DNA of 64,000 bases from a virus: IMG/VR virus record IMGVR_UViG_3300036792_000218, positions 1 to 64,000 of that record. The stretch is one strand, 5' to 3'. This document shows positions 54,210-63,468 of the stretch, in pieces. Under the pieces are notes generated by a model that was not told where the DNA came from, ran no database searches, and saw only the letters and a program-made list of their open reading frames with translations. The translations under genes were made by a program, and so were the position numbers. Positions within the stretch are counted from its first letter, which is position 1, and each line of letters opens with the position of its first letter.

Positions 54210-54532
54210 AGGTCGTACTCCTTCGACTGGGCGAGCATCTGGGCGAGGATCCGTTCGGTTTCGGCTTGGCGCCGCTGCGCTTCTGCGGCTTCAGCGGCGG
54301 CGTGGTCGGCGTCGGACAGTTCGCGGGACTCGACGGTGGCGAGGGCGTCAATGCGGAGCGTGGTCGACCCGCTCGCCCCGTCGGCGGCCCACACGAGGCG
54401 CACGTAGTCGCCGGGGGCGTGGAAGCCGTCCCACGGTTCATCTGTCAGCGACTCGACGCGGACGGGGCCGGTGTGCAGGCCGGGGACGGTGATCAGGTCA
54501 CCCTTGCGGGCAAGCTCGATGGTCTCGTTCAC
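54206..54532 (-). CDS. hypothetical protein
   Basis: GTGA coupling, GGGAG RBS. Confidence 0.55.
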   Translation of the reverse strand: MNETIELARKGDLITVPGLHTGPVRVESLTDEPWDGFHAPGDYVRLVWAADGASGSTTLRIDALATVESRELSDADHAAAEAAEAQRRQAETERILAQMLAQSKEYDL

Positions 54533-54756
54533 AGGGCGCTCCCTAGCTGTGCGTCGATGCGGTGGTCGTCGAGGTCGCGTTGGACGCTCGCGCGGGTCGC
54601 GCCGCCGGTCTTGGATTCCCACTGGCCGCATGAGCAGGCGACGTCCCAGCCGGGCCAGGAGCCGGACATGGTGCTGGCGTGCGGGATCTTCTCGCGCGGG
54701 TACGCGGCGCTGCCGTCGCCCACCCACACGAACCAGCGGCCACGGTGGGCCTTCAT
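54529..54756 (-). CDS. hypothetical protein
   Basis: WDVACSCGQWESKTGGAT motif; start uncertain. Confidence 0.55.
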   Translation of the reverse strand: MKAHRGRWFVWVGDGSAAYPREKIPHASTMSGSWPGWDVACSCGQWESKTGGATRASVQRDLDDHRIDAQLGSAL

Positions 54757-54786
54757 GGTTTCGGGGTCACGAGCAGGTGCGGCATG

Positions 54787-55086
54787 TCAGGCCCCCGGCT
54801 TCCGGGCGGCCAGTTCAGCGGTCCGCGCCGCGTCGCACTCGGGGTGCATGTGGTCGTTCCGTGCGGTCTGAACGAGGGCTGACCGCTCGTCGCCGGGCTG
54901 GTAGCAGTAGGCGCAGACGGGGACCATCTGCCGGGCTTCCCTGGACGGCGGCCTGCTGTTGGGGTCGCTGGCGGCGGGGCTGGCTGCTACCTGGAGGCGG
55001 CGGAGGTGCGGCTTCGCGTTCAGTTCCGCCTCGGTGAAGAAACAGCCTGCGGCGATCTGCTGCTCTTCGGTGATGTCCCTGCGCAT
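54787..55086 (-). CDS. hypothetical protein
   Basis: AAGGAG RBS; CAYC...HPEC. Confidence 0.6.
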   Translation of the reverse strand: MRRDITEEQQIAAGCFFTEAELNAKPHLRRLQVAASPAASDPNSRPPSREARQMVPVCAYCYQPGDERSALVQTARNDHMHPECDAARTAELAARKPGA

Positions 55087-55116
55087 CGGGGTTGCTCCTT
55101 TCTGGCGTCGGGCGGT

Positions 55117-55518
55117 TCAGGCGGCGAACGGGAGGGCGAGCGGGCGGGGGGTGATCGCGATCACGAGGCGCAGGGCGCCGGCGTGCTTGCAGGGCTGCTC
55201 GTCGGCGGTGAGGCGCCCGACGCCGTGGCGGCAGTTGCACATGCCGTCGGGGGTGACGCGGTATGTGGCGTCGAAGTCGGTGCTGTCGACGATCCAGATT
55301 CCGGGGCGGCTGCTCGGGCGGACCGCGCCGAGTTCGACGATCTCGATTGCCTCGTCGACCTGGTCGTCGGACAGGCCTGCGAGGGCGGCGGACATCTTGC
55401 GCCAGCAGGTGGGGCCGTATCCGCGGCGCTTGCTAAGGGGGCTGGTGAGCTTGCGGCCGCATCCGGGGCGCTGGCAGCGGTGCTCGTCGGTTTCGGTGAT
55501 CGCGGTGGTGGTGGTCAT
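55117..55518 (-). CDS. DUF6011-like plus SWIM-type zinc finger protein
   Basis: C...GCGRKLT...S..RGYGPTC and CNC...CKH; first gene after promoter copy 7. Confidence 0.75.
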   Translation of the reverse strand: MTTTTAITETDEHRCQRPGCGRKLTSPLSKRRGYGPTCWRKMSAALAGLSDDQVDEAIEIVELGAVRPSSRPGIWIVDSTDFDATYRVTPDGMCNCRHGVGRLTADEQPCKHAGALRLVIAITPRPLALPFAA

Positions 55519-55545
55519 CGGTGGTTCCCCCTGTGAGCGCCGTTG

Positions 55546-55592
55546 CTTACAAGGACAACATTATAGCTAGCTAACAGTGTTGTCAATTTAAA
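55546..55592 (-). promoter_or_regulatory. repeated promoter/operator, copy 7 (TTGACA-17-TAATGT)
   Basis: -35 at 55586-55581, -10 at 55563-55558, GACAACA...TGTTGTC inverted repeat. Confidence 0.9.
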
Positions 55593-56016
55593 TGGGCGTG
55601 TCGCGCGCCCCACGAGCACCGACAGCCAGAACACCTCCGCAACCTCCGCAACCTTCGCGCCGACCACCCGCTCCGCCCGCGCCAACTGCCACGCCGCGTC
55701 ACGCTCCCGCCACTCGACTACCGACCGCAGGTAAGCGCCCCACGCGGCCTGCTGCGCCCCCGCCACGCCCGCCTCCGCAGACCGGCACAAGCGCAGCAGC
55801 CCCTCGTCGCTGATCACGGCAGCCGCCGCACCGACCGGGCGAGCGCCCGCGGCCGGAACCGCTCCGCGCAGGCACCCGAATCACGGCAGCGGTCCAGGTC
55901 CGGCCGCGTCGGAACCACCTCAAGCGCCCCGAACGGGAGCACGACCCGGCATGCCGCGCAGGTGCCCTTGACATCCGGCAACGGCACCCACAAGACCGGC
56001 GCCGGCCTGGCCGCCA

Positions 56017-56397
56017 TCAGAACGGGTCCTCGTCGTCCGGGTCGCCGGCGTCGTCCCCGGCCGCTTCGAGCTCGTACCGCCGCTGCTGTTCCTCCATGGC
56101 GACGCGTCGCGCGCGGGCCGCCTCCCACGCCGCGCGTACCGATTCCTCGGTGACCGGCCGCCTCGAGTACAGGGCGGTGCCCGCGTACTCCTGCCACGCG
56201 TGCGGGTTGCCGCCCCAGATCTTTTCCGGCAGGTCGACGTGGAACGCGGCCTGCCCGGCCAGCGTGATCTCGGTGACGTAGCCGGTCAGCTCGACGTGAC
56301 CGAGAAACGCGATGCGGAGCCACTGCCCCTCAGGCTGCTCTTCGACGGGCTCCACGCAGGTGCCGGCCGGCTCGCCCGCGAGCGGTTCGGTTGTCAT
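56017..56397 (-). CDS. hypothetical protein
   Basis: AAGGGAG RBS, ATGA coupling, acidic C-terminus ending EDPF. Confidence 0.65.
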   Translation of the reverse strand: MTTEPLAGEPAGTCVEPVEEQPEGQWLRIAFLGHVELTGYVTEITLAGQAAFHVDLPEKIWGGNPHAWQEYAGTALYSRRPVTEESVRAAWEAARARRVAMEEQQRRYELEAAGDDAGDPDDEDPF

Positions 56398-56576
56398 GAC
56401 TGGCTGTCTCCCTTGAGTGCGGTCCTGATCCTGGCGGCGGCTTCGCGGAACGCCTCCGCGCGGGCCCTGGCGCAGGCCCTGGCCTTGCGGGTCACCGCCG
56501 GGTCGGCGCTGGCCGCGTGGATCGCCTTCGCCTCGGTGTCGAGGTCGACGGCAACCCAGAGAAGCGCGGCGGTCAC
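56394..56576 (-). CDS. hypothetical protein
   Basis: GTGA coupling. Confidence 0.5.
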   Translation of the reverse strand: MTAALLWVAVDLDTEAKAIHAASADPAVTRKARACARARAEAFREAAARIRTALKGDSQS

Positions 56577-57154
56577 CGGGTGCCGTCTAGGGCTGCCGGG
56601 TCCGGGGTGCCGAGCGCTTCGGCGAGCACCACGGCACCGGCGCCGGCGCGCAGCTCGTCCGCCTCGGCGGCGATCGCGCGGCCGAGGTCGGTCAGGTCCA
56701 TCGCCTTCGCGATGAAGTCGCTGACCGCAGCGCCCACCGCCTCACCGGAGTCGTCGAGCGCCTTCGCGACCTTTTCCATGCGGGCGGTCAATGGCCCTGG
56801 TGCGGGCTGCGGCTGGCATATCTGGTGGATCGCGGCCGTGATCAGCGCGTCCGCCTCCGCCTTGGCCGCGGGGTCGGCCGGCCCGGTTGTGGGGCTGACC
56901 GCGCTGTACGGCGTGAGCCCGGCCGCGATCAGCGCATGGTAGATGTCGCTGCGCCAGGCGCCGTTCCCGAGCGGTGAACCCACGTCGAACCCGGTACCGT
57001 CGAACCACACCCCGGACAGGACGGCGGCGAGGAACGCGCCGACGGTCGACGCGCCCGCGTAGACCTGGGGCATCGGGGCGGCGAGCGCGGCGCGGACCCG
57101 CTCGGGAGTCAGGAACGCGGTGCTCGGGTCTTCGGTGACGGCGGTCTCGGTCAA
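56573..57154 (-). CDS. hypothetical protein
   Basis: TTGA coupling, AAGGAG RBS. Confidence 0.6.
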   Translation of the reverse strand: MTETAVTEDPSTAFLTPERVRAALAAPMPQVYAGASTVGAFLAAVLSGVWFDGTGFDVGSPLGNGAWRSDIYHALIAAGLTPYSAVSPTTGPADPAAKAEADALITAAIHQICQPQPAPGPLTARMEKVAKALDDSGEAVGAAVSDFIAKAMDLTDLGRAIAAEADELRAGAGAVVLAEALGTPDPAALDGTR

Positions 57155-57381
57155 CTGTCGACTCCTTCGGGTTGCAGGGTGGCTAGTTGCTGTTCAAGCT
57201 CGGTAACGCGGGCAGTGAGGGCCGCGTTCGCGTCACGCAGGGGCGCCAGCAGGGCGTCCTCGATCGCCCCGAACGTCTCCTTGTCTTCGGGCCTGATCTC
57301 TTCCCACGGCACCAGGCCGAGGCCGAGCCACGCCTTGCCGCTCAGCTCGTACAGGGTGCGGCCCTTCGCTGCGGCGGTCAC
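57151..57381 (-). CDS. hypothetical protein
   Basis: GTGA coupling, GAGGAG RBS. Confidence 0.55.
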   Translation of the reverse strand: MTAAAKGRTLYELSGKAWLGLGLVPWEEIRPEDKETFGAIEDALLAPLRDANAALTARVTELEQQLATLQPEGVDS

Positions 57382-57752
57382 TGGTCCCGCTCCTCGATCG
57401 CGTCGCTGAGGGACGCGCCGATGGGGTCGCCGTCCCAGCCCTTCACGCCGAGCGCCTGGGCGCGCTCGATCCGCCCGTCAAGCGCGGGGGACGCGATGGC
57501 GTCGTTCAGCAGCTCGGCGGCCAGCTCGCGGAGGTCGTCGCGCTGCTGCGTGACTTCGGCCAGGGTGCGCGACTGCGCCTCGCCGGGCAGTGGCAGCGGC
57601 GCGACGGCGGCCAGTTTGTCGCGGGCGAAGTCCACCCGGCGCTCAAGCTCGTTCCCGCTGTAACCCTCGGTGCCGAGCCATTCTTCGGACGCGAGCCGCC
57701 GTAGCGCGGCAGCGAGCCAGTCCCGCTCGGCCTGCACGCGGTCCGCGCTCAC
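57378..57752 (-). CDS. hypothetical protein
   Basis: GTGA coupling, GAGG RBS. Confidence 0.55.
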   Translation of the reverse strand: MSADRVQAERDWLAAALRRLASEEWLGTEGYSGNELERRVDFARDKLAAVAPLPLPGEAQSRTLAEVTQQRDDLRELAAELLNDAIASPALDGRIERAQALGVKGWDGDPIGASLSDAIEERDQ

Positions 57753-58675
57753 AGGTCGGCCTCGGTGCACGCGGCGTACGGCTGCCCGTCGGGGTCGCGC
57801 ACGTCGAGCGCCCCGGCGCGGTCGCGCCACTCCTGCTCGTCGGCGGTATCGGGGAACGACTGGAGCATGTCGCGGACAAGGCCGTTCAGCCCGTCAACGT
57901 TGCGGAGCATCGCGTTTTCCAGGTCGGTCGCCGGCCGCCCCGCTGGCGTCTCGCCCGCGCCGGAAACGACCGTCAGCAGCGCGGCCGCGTTTTCCTCGGG
58001 TGAGCGCCTGAGCATTTCCTCGAACGGCATCATGCGCTCGGTCTGGCTCACGGTCATCGCGTGGTAGTCGATGGCGAGCTGGCGGATTCGCTCGCGCTCA
58101 GCGTCGCGGGCTGCCTGTACCGCGGCGGCCAGGTCGGGGCCGGGCTGCGGGCCGGCGGGCGCGAGCTGGTGCACGTGGGCGAGTTGCGCGACGATCAGGG
58201 CGGCGGTCCCGCTGGTCCATGACTCACGCAGCACCATCCCTCCCGCGCCGCCCCTGAGTAGCCGGTCGACGTCCTCGACGAGACCGCGGAACACGGGAGA
58301 CGCGTTCGAGCGCCCCGTCTCAGGGTCCGCTGTCCAGTCGGCCGCCTGTCCCTGCTGCGGCTCCTGCTCGGCCTCGTACGCCTCGCGGAACAGGTCGTCG
58401 GCAAGCCGGAAGAACTCGCCCCTGATGCCCTTGATGACCCACTGGCCGGTGTAGACGAGGGTCCAGGTCGAGTGGAGCTTGCCGAAGACGGTCGCGGTGG
58501 CCTCGGGGTCGTCGCAGTTCGCGCGGTCCTGCTCGTCGAGGACGTCGAAGTTCTCGCAGCCGGTCAGCTCGTAAACCTCGTCGAGGTTGTCGCCGGTCCA
58601 GCGGACCGCCTCGACGGTAACGGGCTTCATGCGGAAGCGCGCCGGCGGCCCCGGCGCCGGTGCCGGGCCGTTCAC
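57749..58675 (-). CDS. multidomain phage protein with N-terminal KPV.(V/I)EA-family domain
   Basis: RFRMKPVTVEAVRWTGDN...GQWVIKGIRGEFF...DLFREAYE. Confidence 0.7.
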   Translation of the reverse strand: MNGPAPAPGPPARFRMKPVTVEAVRWTGDNLDEVYELTGCENFDVLDEQDRANCDDPEATATVFGKLHSTWTLVYTGQWVIKGIRGEFFRLADDLFREAYEAEQEPQQGQAADWTADPETGRSNASPVFRGLVEDVDRLLRGGAGGMVLRESWTSGTAALIVAQLAHVHQLAPAGPQPGPDLAAAVQAARDAERERIRQLAIDYHAMTVSQTERMMPFEEMLRRSPEENAAALLTVVSGAGETPAGRPATDLENAMLRNVDGLNGLVRDMLQSFPDTADEQEWRDRAGALDVRDPDGQPYAACTEADL

Positions 58676-59121
58676 CGGGCGCCCATCAGGGCGGAGAGCG
58701 TCAGGACGGTGTCGGCGACGGCCCGCCAGCCGTCACGCGTGCGGTCGGTGGACAGCCCCCACCGGGCGTAGGCCTTGGCGGGGTCGGTGATGCCCTCGTC
58801 CGCGGCGAACGCTGCGATGGCGAGCCAGTCGCCGTCATGGGCCGGGCCGTGTGCGAGGGGGTAGAAGCCGGTGAGCGCTTCGCCGGGCGGCGGGGCGTCG
58901 CGGTTCCCGGTGAGCCACCCGTGCCACAGTTCCCTGCCGTTGTCGCCGGTGACGATCGCGTAGTCGTCGCAGGTGATGCCCGACCGCTCGGTTTCGGTGT
59001 AGTCGACGATGACGCCGGCGACGTCGCCGCGCTGGTCGATCGCCTCGCGGATCATCGGGTCCTGGTACTCGGTGTCGGCGTCGATCTGCGTCTTGCCGCG
59101 TGAGTAGACGGTGATCTTCAT
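58672..59121 (-). CDS. hypothetical protein
   Basis: GGAGG RBS. Confidence 0.6.
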   Translation of the reverse strand: MKITVYSRGKTQIDADTEYQDPMIREAIDQRGDVAGVIVDYTETERSGITCDDYAIVTGDNGRELWHGWLTGNRDAPPPGEALTGFYPLAHGPAHDGDWLAIAAFAADEGITDPAKAYARWGLSTDRTRDGWRAVADTVLTLSALMGAR

Positions 59122-59907
59122 TTAGTTCGCCTCCGTGGTTTCGGTCTCTGCCAGTTCCCGCTGCAGGCGGGACGCGCGGGTGAGGCTGGCCAGGATGCGG
59201 GCCCGGCCGAGGTAGTCGAGCCGGCCCATTTCCCGGCGGATCCTCGCCTCGACCGCGGCCTCGTAGGCGGCGGCGCGCAGTCCCGCGCCGACCAGGTGCT
59301 CCGCGTCACGGAGCGTCCCGACGGCGACCCCGACGCCGTCCTCCGGGCGGACCAGGCCGGACACGGCGACCTTGCGGCTGGTGAGTGCCCTGGCGATGAT
59401 CTCGGTGAGGTGGCCGATGTCCATCGCGGGCAGTTCGGCGGGCGGCTCGGTGTCGTGACCGGGGATCTCCGGGGCGTCGCGGAGTGCGCCGACGTCGTCG
59501 GTGCCGATCCAGTCGAGGCAGGCGGCTGCGACCCGGTCAGGGTGGGCCATGTGCCCGGATGCGGCCCGGCTGCCGTCTTCGGGGTGGACGGTGACCCAGC
59601 AGCCGCGCAGCGCGGCGGTGAGCGTCGCCGGGGACACGCCGGGGTGCGGGTCGTCCCACCCGCCGGGCTTGACGGGGCGGCGGACGGCGGTGAGCGCCGC
59701 GGCGTTCGGTGACATGCCGGTGCCCGCGTCGGTGACGGTGCCGTCGTCGTCGACGTGCAGGCCGCTGACGTAGGCGATCAGGAATTCCGGGTGCCCTTCC
59801 TGCGGCAGGACGCGGTTCTCGGTGACGTACACGAGGCCGTGGTCGTAGAGCGCGACGTCGTCGGCCTGGACGTCGGCCCACGGCAGGATCAGGGTTGTGG
59901 TTGTCAT
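59122..59907 (-). CDS. hypothetical protein
   Basis: ATG at 59907 with GGGGGA RBS, ATGA coupling. Confidence 0.6.
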   Translation of the reverse strand: MTTTTLILPWADVQADDVALYDHGLVYVTENRVLPQEGHPEFLIAYVSGLHVDDDGTVTDAGTGMSPNAAALTAVRRPVKPGGWDDPHPGVSPATLTAALRGCWVTVHPEDGSRAASGHMAHPDRVAAACLDWIGTDDVGALRDAPEIPGHDTEPPAELPAMDIGHLTEIIARALTSRKVAVSGLVRPEDGVGVAVGTLRDAEHLVGAGLRAAAYEAAVEARIRREMGRLDYLGRARILASLTRASRLQRELAETETTEAN

Positions 59908-60359
59908 TCGGTTCCCCCGTTGGTACTGGTTTCGGTTTCGGTTACATGCGCCTCCGCCTGGCCGGCGGAGGTGGTCGGGTGGGTGGCCGCGTACGCGGCC
60001 GCGAAGTTCCCCGCGATCCCCGCGGCGATCGCGGGCGGCGGGGCCGACGCGACTTTCGGCCGGCGCCGGCGGGTGAGCTCGCGCAGCTCGGCGAAGTCCC
60101 GGTGACCTTCCCTCGCGTGGGCGAGGCGCCACAGGGTCAGCTCGACCTCGTCGTAGGTGACGCCGGCGTTGCGGCAGCCGCCCAGGACGCCGAGCAGGAC
60201 GACCGCGTCCCAGGGCTCACGGTCGGCGGGCGCGGCCGGGTCCGCTGCGGCGCGGGCAGCCGCCCACCTGGCGCGGGCAACAGCCCAGTCGTAGACGGCC
60301 CGCCACAGGGCACGGTCAAGCTCGTCGACGACGTCGGCGGGCGGCGGGGTTTCGGTCAT
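59904..60359 (-). CDS. hypothetical protein
   Basis: ATGA coupling. Confidence 0.5.
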   Translation of the reverse strand: MTETPPPADVVDELDRALWRAVYDWAVARARWAAARAAADPAAPADREPWDAVVLLGVLGGCRNAGVTYDEVELTLWRLAHAREGHRDFAELRELTRRRRPKVASAPPPAIAAGIAGNFAAAYAATHPTTSAGQAEAHVTETETSTNGGTE

Positions 60360-60439
60360 GCCATCCCCATGAACCAGCCGAGCGCGGCCATCACGATGAC
60401 CGCGAGGGCGACGAGGGCCCACTGCCGGGCGGTGGTCAC
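60356..60439 (-). CDS. 27-aa single-TM peptide
   Basis: MTTARQWALVALAVIVMAALGWFMGMA; coupled on both sides. Confidence 0.5.
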   Translation of the reverse strand: MTTARQWALVALAVIVMAALGWFMGMA

Positions 60440-60744
60440 CGGGTCACCGCCGGGCCCGCCGTCCCGCACTCCTGGCAGGTGAAACCGCGGCCTGGTGCGT
60501 CGTGGCAGTTGGCGCACGTCTCCGGGCTCAGCATCACGGCCAGGGGCACCCAGTAGGCGGCGGCGATCCTCTCAGCGGTGCTGAGCGTGGTGTCCATGCC
60601 CTGCTCGATCCGGCACAGGGTCGAGGGGGCGAGCTGGGTACGGCTGGCCCCCTTGTTCAGGGTCCATTCCCGTTCCTGGCGGAGTTCCCTGGCGCGGCGG
60701 CCGAACGCGATGGTGACGGGTGTCGGGGGGTTGCGGACGGTCAC
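60436..60744 (-). CDS. XRE-family HTH regulator with C-terminal zinc ribbon
   Basis: FGRRARELRQEREWTL...STLCRIEQG..TTLSTAERIA; CANC...CQEC. Confidence 0.85.
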   Translation of the reverse strand: MTVRNPPTPVTIAFGRRARELRQEREWTLNKGASRTQLAPSTLCRIEQGMDTTLSTAERIAAAYWVPLAVMLSPETCANCHDAPGRGFTCQECGTAGPAVTR

Positions 60745-61004
60745 GGTGCCTCACCTGTCCCGCCGGCCGGGGGCTTCGGCCGGGTGCGGGTCGCCAGGTA
60801 GTACAGGTCGGTAGCTGCCTGCTTCTGCTCGTCGGTCTGGGTGTAGACGACCTGGAGGCAGCCTTTGAGGGTCGGGTGGTCGGATACGCGGAGCATGTGA
60901 GCCCACCGGCGGCAGTCCGCGAGGTAGCGGAGCACGTGCGTTTTGAGGGCGGCGACGTCGACCACGGGCTCGACCCGCGTGCCGGTCTGCCACTCGTAGT
61001 TCAT
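60741..61004 (-). CDS. hypothetical protein
   Basis: ATG at 61004 within ORF 60741..61388. Confidence 0.45.
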   Translation of the reverse strand: MNYEWQTGTRVEPVVDVAALKTHVLRYLADCRRWAHMLRVSDHPTLKGCLQVVYTQTDEQKQAATDLYYLATRTRPKPPAGGTGEAP

Positions 61005-61033
61005 CCGGCCGCCGGTGCGGCGGAGGTCGCGGG

Positions 61034-61261
61034 TCACCCGGTCACCTGCGTAGCGCCGGCGCCGTCGATGAACTCGTTGAGGGCGTCGCGGAGCTTGACG
61101 GCCTGGTCGGTGTCGCGGGTCAGGCACGGGTGCCCGGGCGCGATCCACTTGGGCGTCTTCGTGGCGACCGGCTGCGTGACGATCGTCAGCAGGTCGCCGT
61201 CCTCGGTGGCGGTGACGCGGTGCCCCTGCGCGTCGATCAGGTCCGCGAGTACCCGGCTCAC
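61034..61261 (-). CDS. hypothetical protein
   Basis: GTGA coupling. Confidence 0.55.
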   Translation of the reverse strand: MSRVLADLIDAQGHRVTATEDGDLLTIVTQPVATKTPKWIAPGHPCLTRDTDQAVKLRDALNEFIDGAGATQVTG

Positions 61262-61776
61262 TGGCCCGGCTCCCGCTTCCAGCCGCCGCGCAGGACCAGG
61301 CGGGCAACCTCACGGCACCTGTCGCACGGGTCCGGGACCACGCTCGTGTTGCACTGGGCACCGTGGATCGCAGCGGCCAGCCGGTCAACCTCGTCCTGGT
61401 CAGGCTCGACGGCGGCCTCCGCGTGCACGGCGATCGCGGCGGCCAGCAGCCAGGCGTCGCCCGGTTCGATGCCCTGTTCTAGCTCGCGCTCGTCGGTGCA
61501 GACGCGTCCGTTCTCAAGCCACAGGTAGTAGCCCGCTACGGCGGTGTTGTGCTCGCTGGTGCCGATCGGCAGGTCCAGCGGCCGGGGCAGGATCAGCGGC
61601 GCGGGTAGCCCGGTGGCCTCGTACAGCGCTGCGGCGGCACCGGGCACGGCGGACTTCTCAAGCTCGACGCCTCGGGTACTGCCGTGGTCGTCGATCGTGA
61701 GCCATGCGGTGGTTCCCCGGCCGCGCGTGATCTTGAGGCGCCTGCCGGCGGTGTCGGGGTAATCGAAAGGCTCCAT
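61258..61776 (-). CDS. hypothetical protein
   Basis: GAGGA RBS. Confidence 0.6.
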   Translation of the reverse strand: MEPFDYPDTAGRRLKITRGRGTTAWLTIDDHGSTRGVELEKSAVPGAAAALYEATGLPAPLILPRPLDLPIGTSEHNTAVAGYYLWLENGRVCTDERELEQGIEPGDAWLLAAAIAVHAEAAVEPDQDEVDRLAAAIHGAQCNTSVVPDPCDRCREVARLVLRGGWKREPGQ

Positions 61777-61881
61777 ATGGTCCTCGCTTTAATCGGGGCT
61801 TGGGGGCTGGTGTTCGTCCTCCCGCCGCGCCCCGGAAACAGGGGTGGTGCTTCCGGGTCACGGCCGCAGGACGGGCGGGGT

Positions 61882-62703
61882 TTAGTGCAGCGGGGCGGTG
61901 CCGGACAGGAGCCGCAGGTCGAGCGCGATCTCCCGGAAGCTGGACACGCCGGTCAGCGCGGCGTAGGTGAAGAACTCGTTCTTCCTGCTGATGTCCCCGA
62001 GGTGCTCGACGAACTCGTCGTGGGCGTCGCCGTAGCCGATCGCGGCGAACGCGACGACCCTGCGCTCACTGCAGGTCAGCATGAACTCGTCGAACGCGCG
62101 CGGGTCGTTGAACCGGCCGTCGCCGGCGCCGAGGATCACCTGTGCCGGGCACTCGTCGTCGGGGAGGTAGTTCGGGCTCTTGGGGTTGCGGAACTCGTTG
62201 TCGAACGCGGTGCTGACCGCGACCAGCGCCGGGGCGACGAACGTCTGAAGGCCCCGGTACACCAGGCCCCTGTAGATCTCGACCTTCTCCAGGACGTTGA
62301 GGGTGTTCAGGTCGTGCAGGTCCCGCTCGTCGTCGGACTCGTCTTCCGGCACGCCGTCCTCGTCGAGACCGAACTTGATCTCGCCGGGGTAGCAGAACGC
62401 GAAGCCGCGCACGCCGCCCCGTCCGGTGCCCTCTTCCTTCTTGGCCATCGCGTCGTCACCCTCGAACGCGGTGACGAACTCCGGCAGGGCACTGGCGACC
62501 AGCTCGACCTTCGTGATCGTCTCCTCGGGGTCGGCGTACTCCTGGTTGGACCCGGACGCGTCGAGGACCACGCCCGGCTCCTTCTTGCGGTCGGTGTTGG
62601 GCAGCTCGAACCGCTCGCGCTCGGTGCGCTTGCCGGGGATGCCCGTGACGGGCTGCTCCAGGATTTCCCCGACCGTCATGCTGGCGATGCTTCTTCCTGA
62701 CAT
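61882..62703 (-). CDS. vWA-domain protein
   Basis: MIDAS motif VVLDASGS, T in GLQTF, D in LGAGDG; AAAGGA RBS. Confidence 0.7.
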   Translation of the reverse strand: MSGRSIASMTVGEILEQPVTGIPGKRTERERFELPNTDRKKEPGVVLDASGSNQEYADPEETITKVELVASALPEFVTAFEGDDAMAKKEEGTGRGGVRGFAFCYPGEIKFGLDEDGVPEDESDDERDLHDLNTLNVLEKVEIYRGLVYRGLQTFVAPALVAVSTAFDNEFRNPKSPNYLPDDECPAQVILGAGDGRFNDPRAFDEFMLTCSERRVVAFAAIGYGDAHDEFVEHLGDISRKNEFFTYAALTGVSSFREIALDLRLLSGTAPLH

Positions 62704-62764
62704 GGGCTGTTCCTTTCGTGGCCACGGGCGGCCCTTGTGCCGCCCGTGGGGCTTTGGGGGTTGC

Positions 62765-63088
62765 TCACCTGCGGCCCCGCGCGCGGAGCCTGGCGAGGAA
62801 CGTGCTGTGCGGGACGACGTTCTCCGGGGCGGGCTGCCTGGCTTCCTTGGCCCGCTCGCGGCGTTCCTTCTCAAGCGGGCAGGTCGCCACGTGCGGCATC
62901 AGGCGGCGCTCGTAGCCGTACGGTTCCTCACCGTCCTTCAACTGGCGGCTGAGCCACGTGCCGGTCCCGTCGCGGTACACGGCCTGGTTACCGTCCGGGT
63001 CCGGCTTCGGGTTGAGCGCGATCGACCGGTTGTTGACCGTCCGCGCCCACAGGAGCCGCGCGCCGCAGTCGCAGTTGAAGCGCCTCAC
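62765..63088 (-). CDS. hypothetical phage protein (zinc-binding)
   Basis: CDCGARLLWART...P.P.P.GN...PHVATCP, a recurrent phage motif. Confidence 0.7.
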   Translation of the reverse strand: MRRFNCDCGARLLWARTVNNRSIALNPKPDPDGNQAVYRDGTGTWLSRQLKDGEEPYGYERRLMPHVATCPLEKERRERAKEARQPAPENVVPHSTFLARLRARGRR

Positions 63089-63468
63089 GGGGTCGGCTCC
63101 CCGGCGTCGTCCGTGAGCGGGCGGCACGCTCCGGGGTGACCCCGGAAGAGGATGCAGCCGGGCACCCGGCAGTCAACAAGCCAGTCGACGCGGCGGCGCG
63201 GGCAATCCGGCTCGATGTCGGGGTCCTGGGGTGCCGGCCCGTTGATGTTCCAGCGGAGCCATGCCGTCGTGGTGGTGCCGTCGTCGTCAAGGCTGGCGAT
63301 CCACGAGCCGCAGTCGGGGGAGTGGCCCGCCTCGAGCATGCAGGCGGCACCGGCGACGGACACCTTGACGGGACCGCTCATGCCGTCCCCGTCGGCGGCG
63401 CTGCGAATGACTGCGGCTAGGTCGGTGTCGGTCAGGCTGGTTTCGACGTGGCAGGGGTTGAAGCTCAC
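63085..63468 (-). CDS. hypothetical protein
   Basis: AAGGAG RBS; C.LEAGH and C.LFRGH.G.C. Confidence 0.6.
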   Translation of the reverse strand: MSFNPCHVETSLTDTDLAAVIRSAADGDGMSGPVKVSVAGAACMLEAGHSPDCGSWIASLDDDGTTTTAWLRWNINGPAPQDPDIEPDCPRRRVDWLVDCRVPGCILFRGHPGACRPLTDDAGEPTP

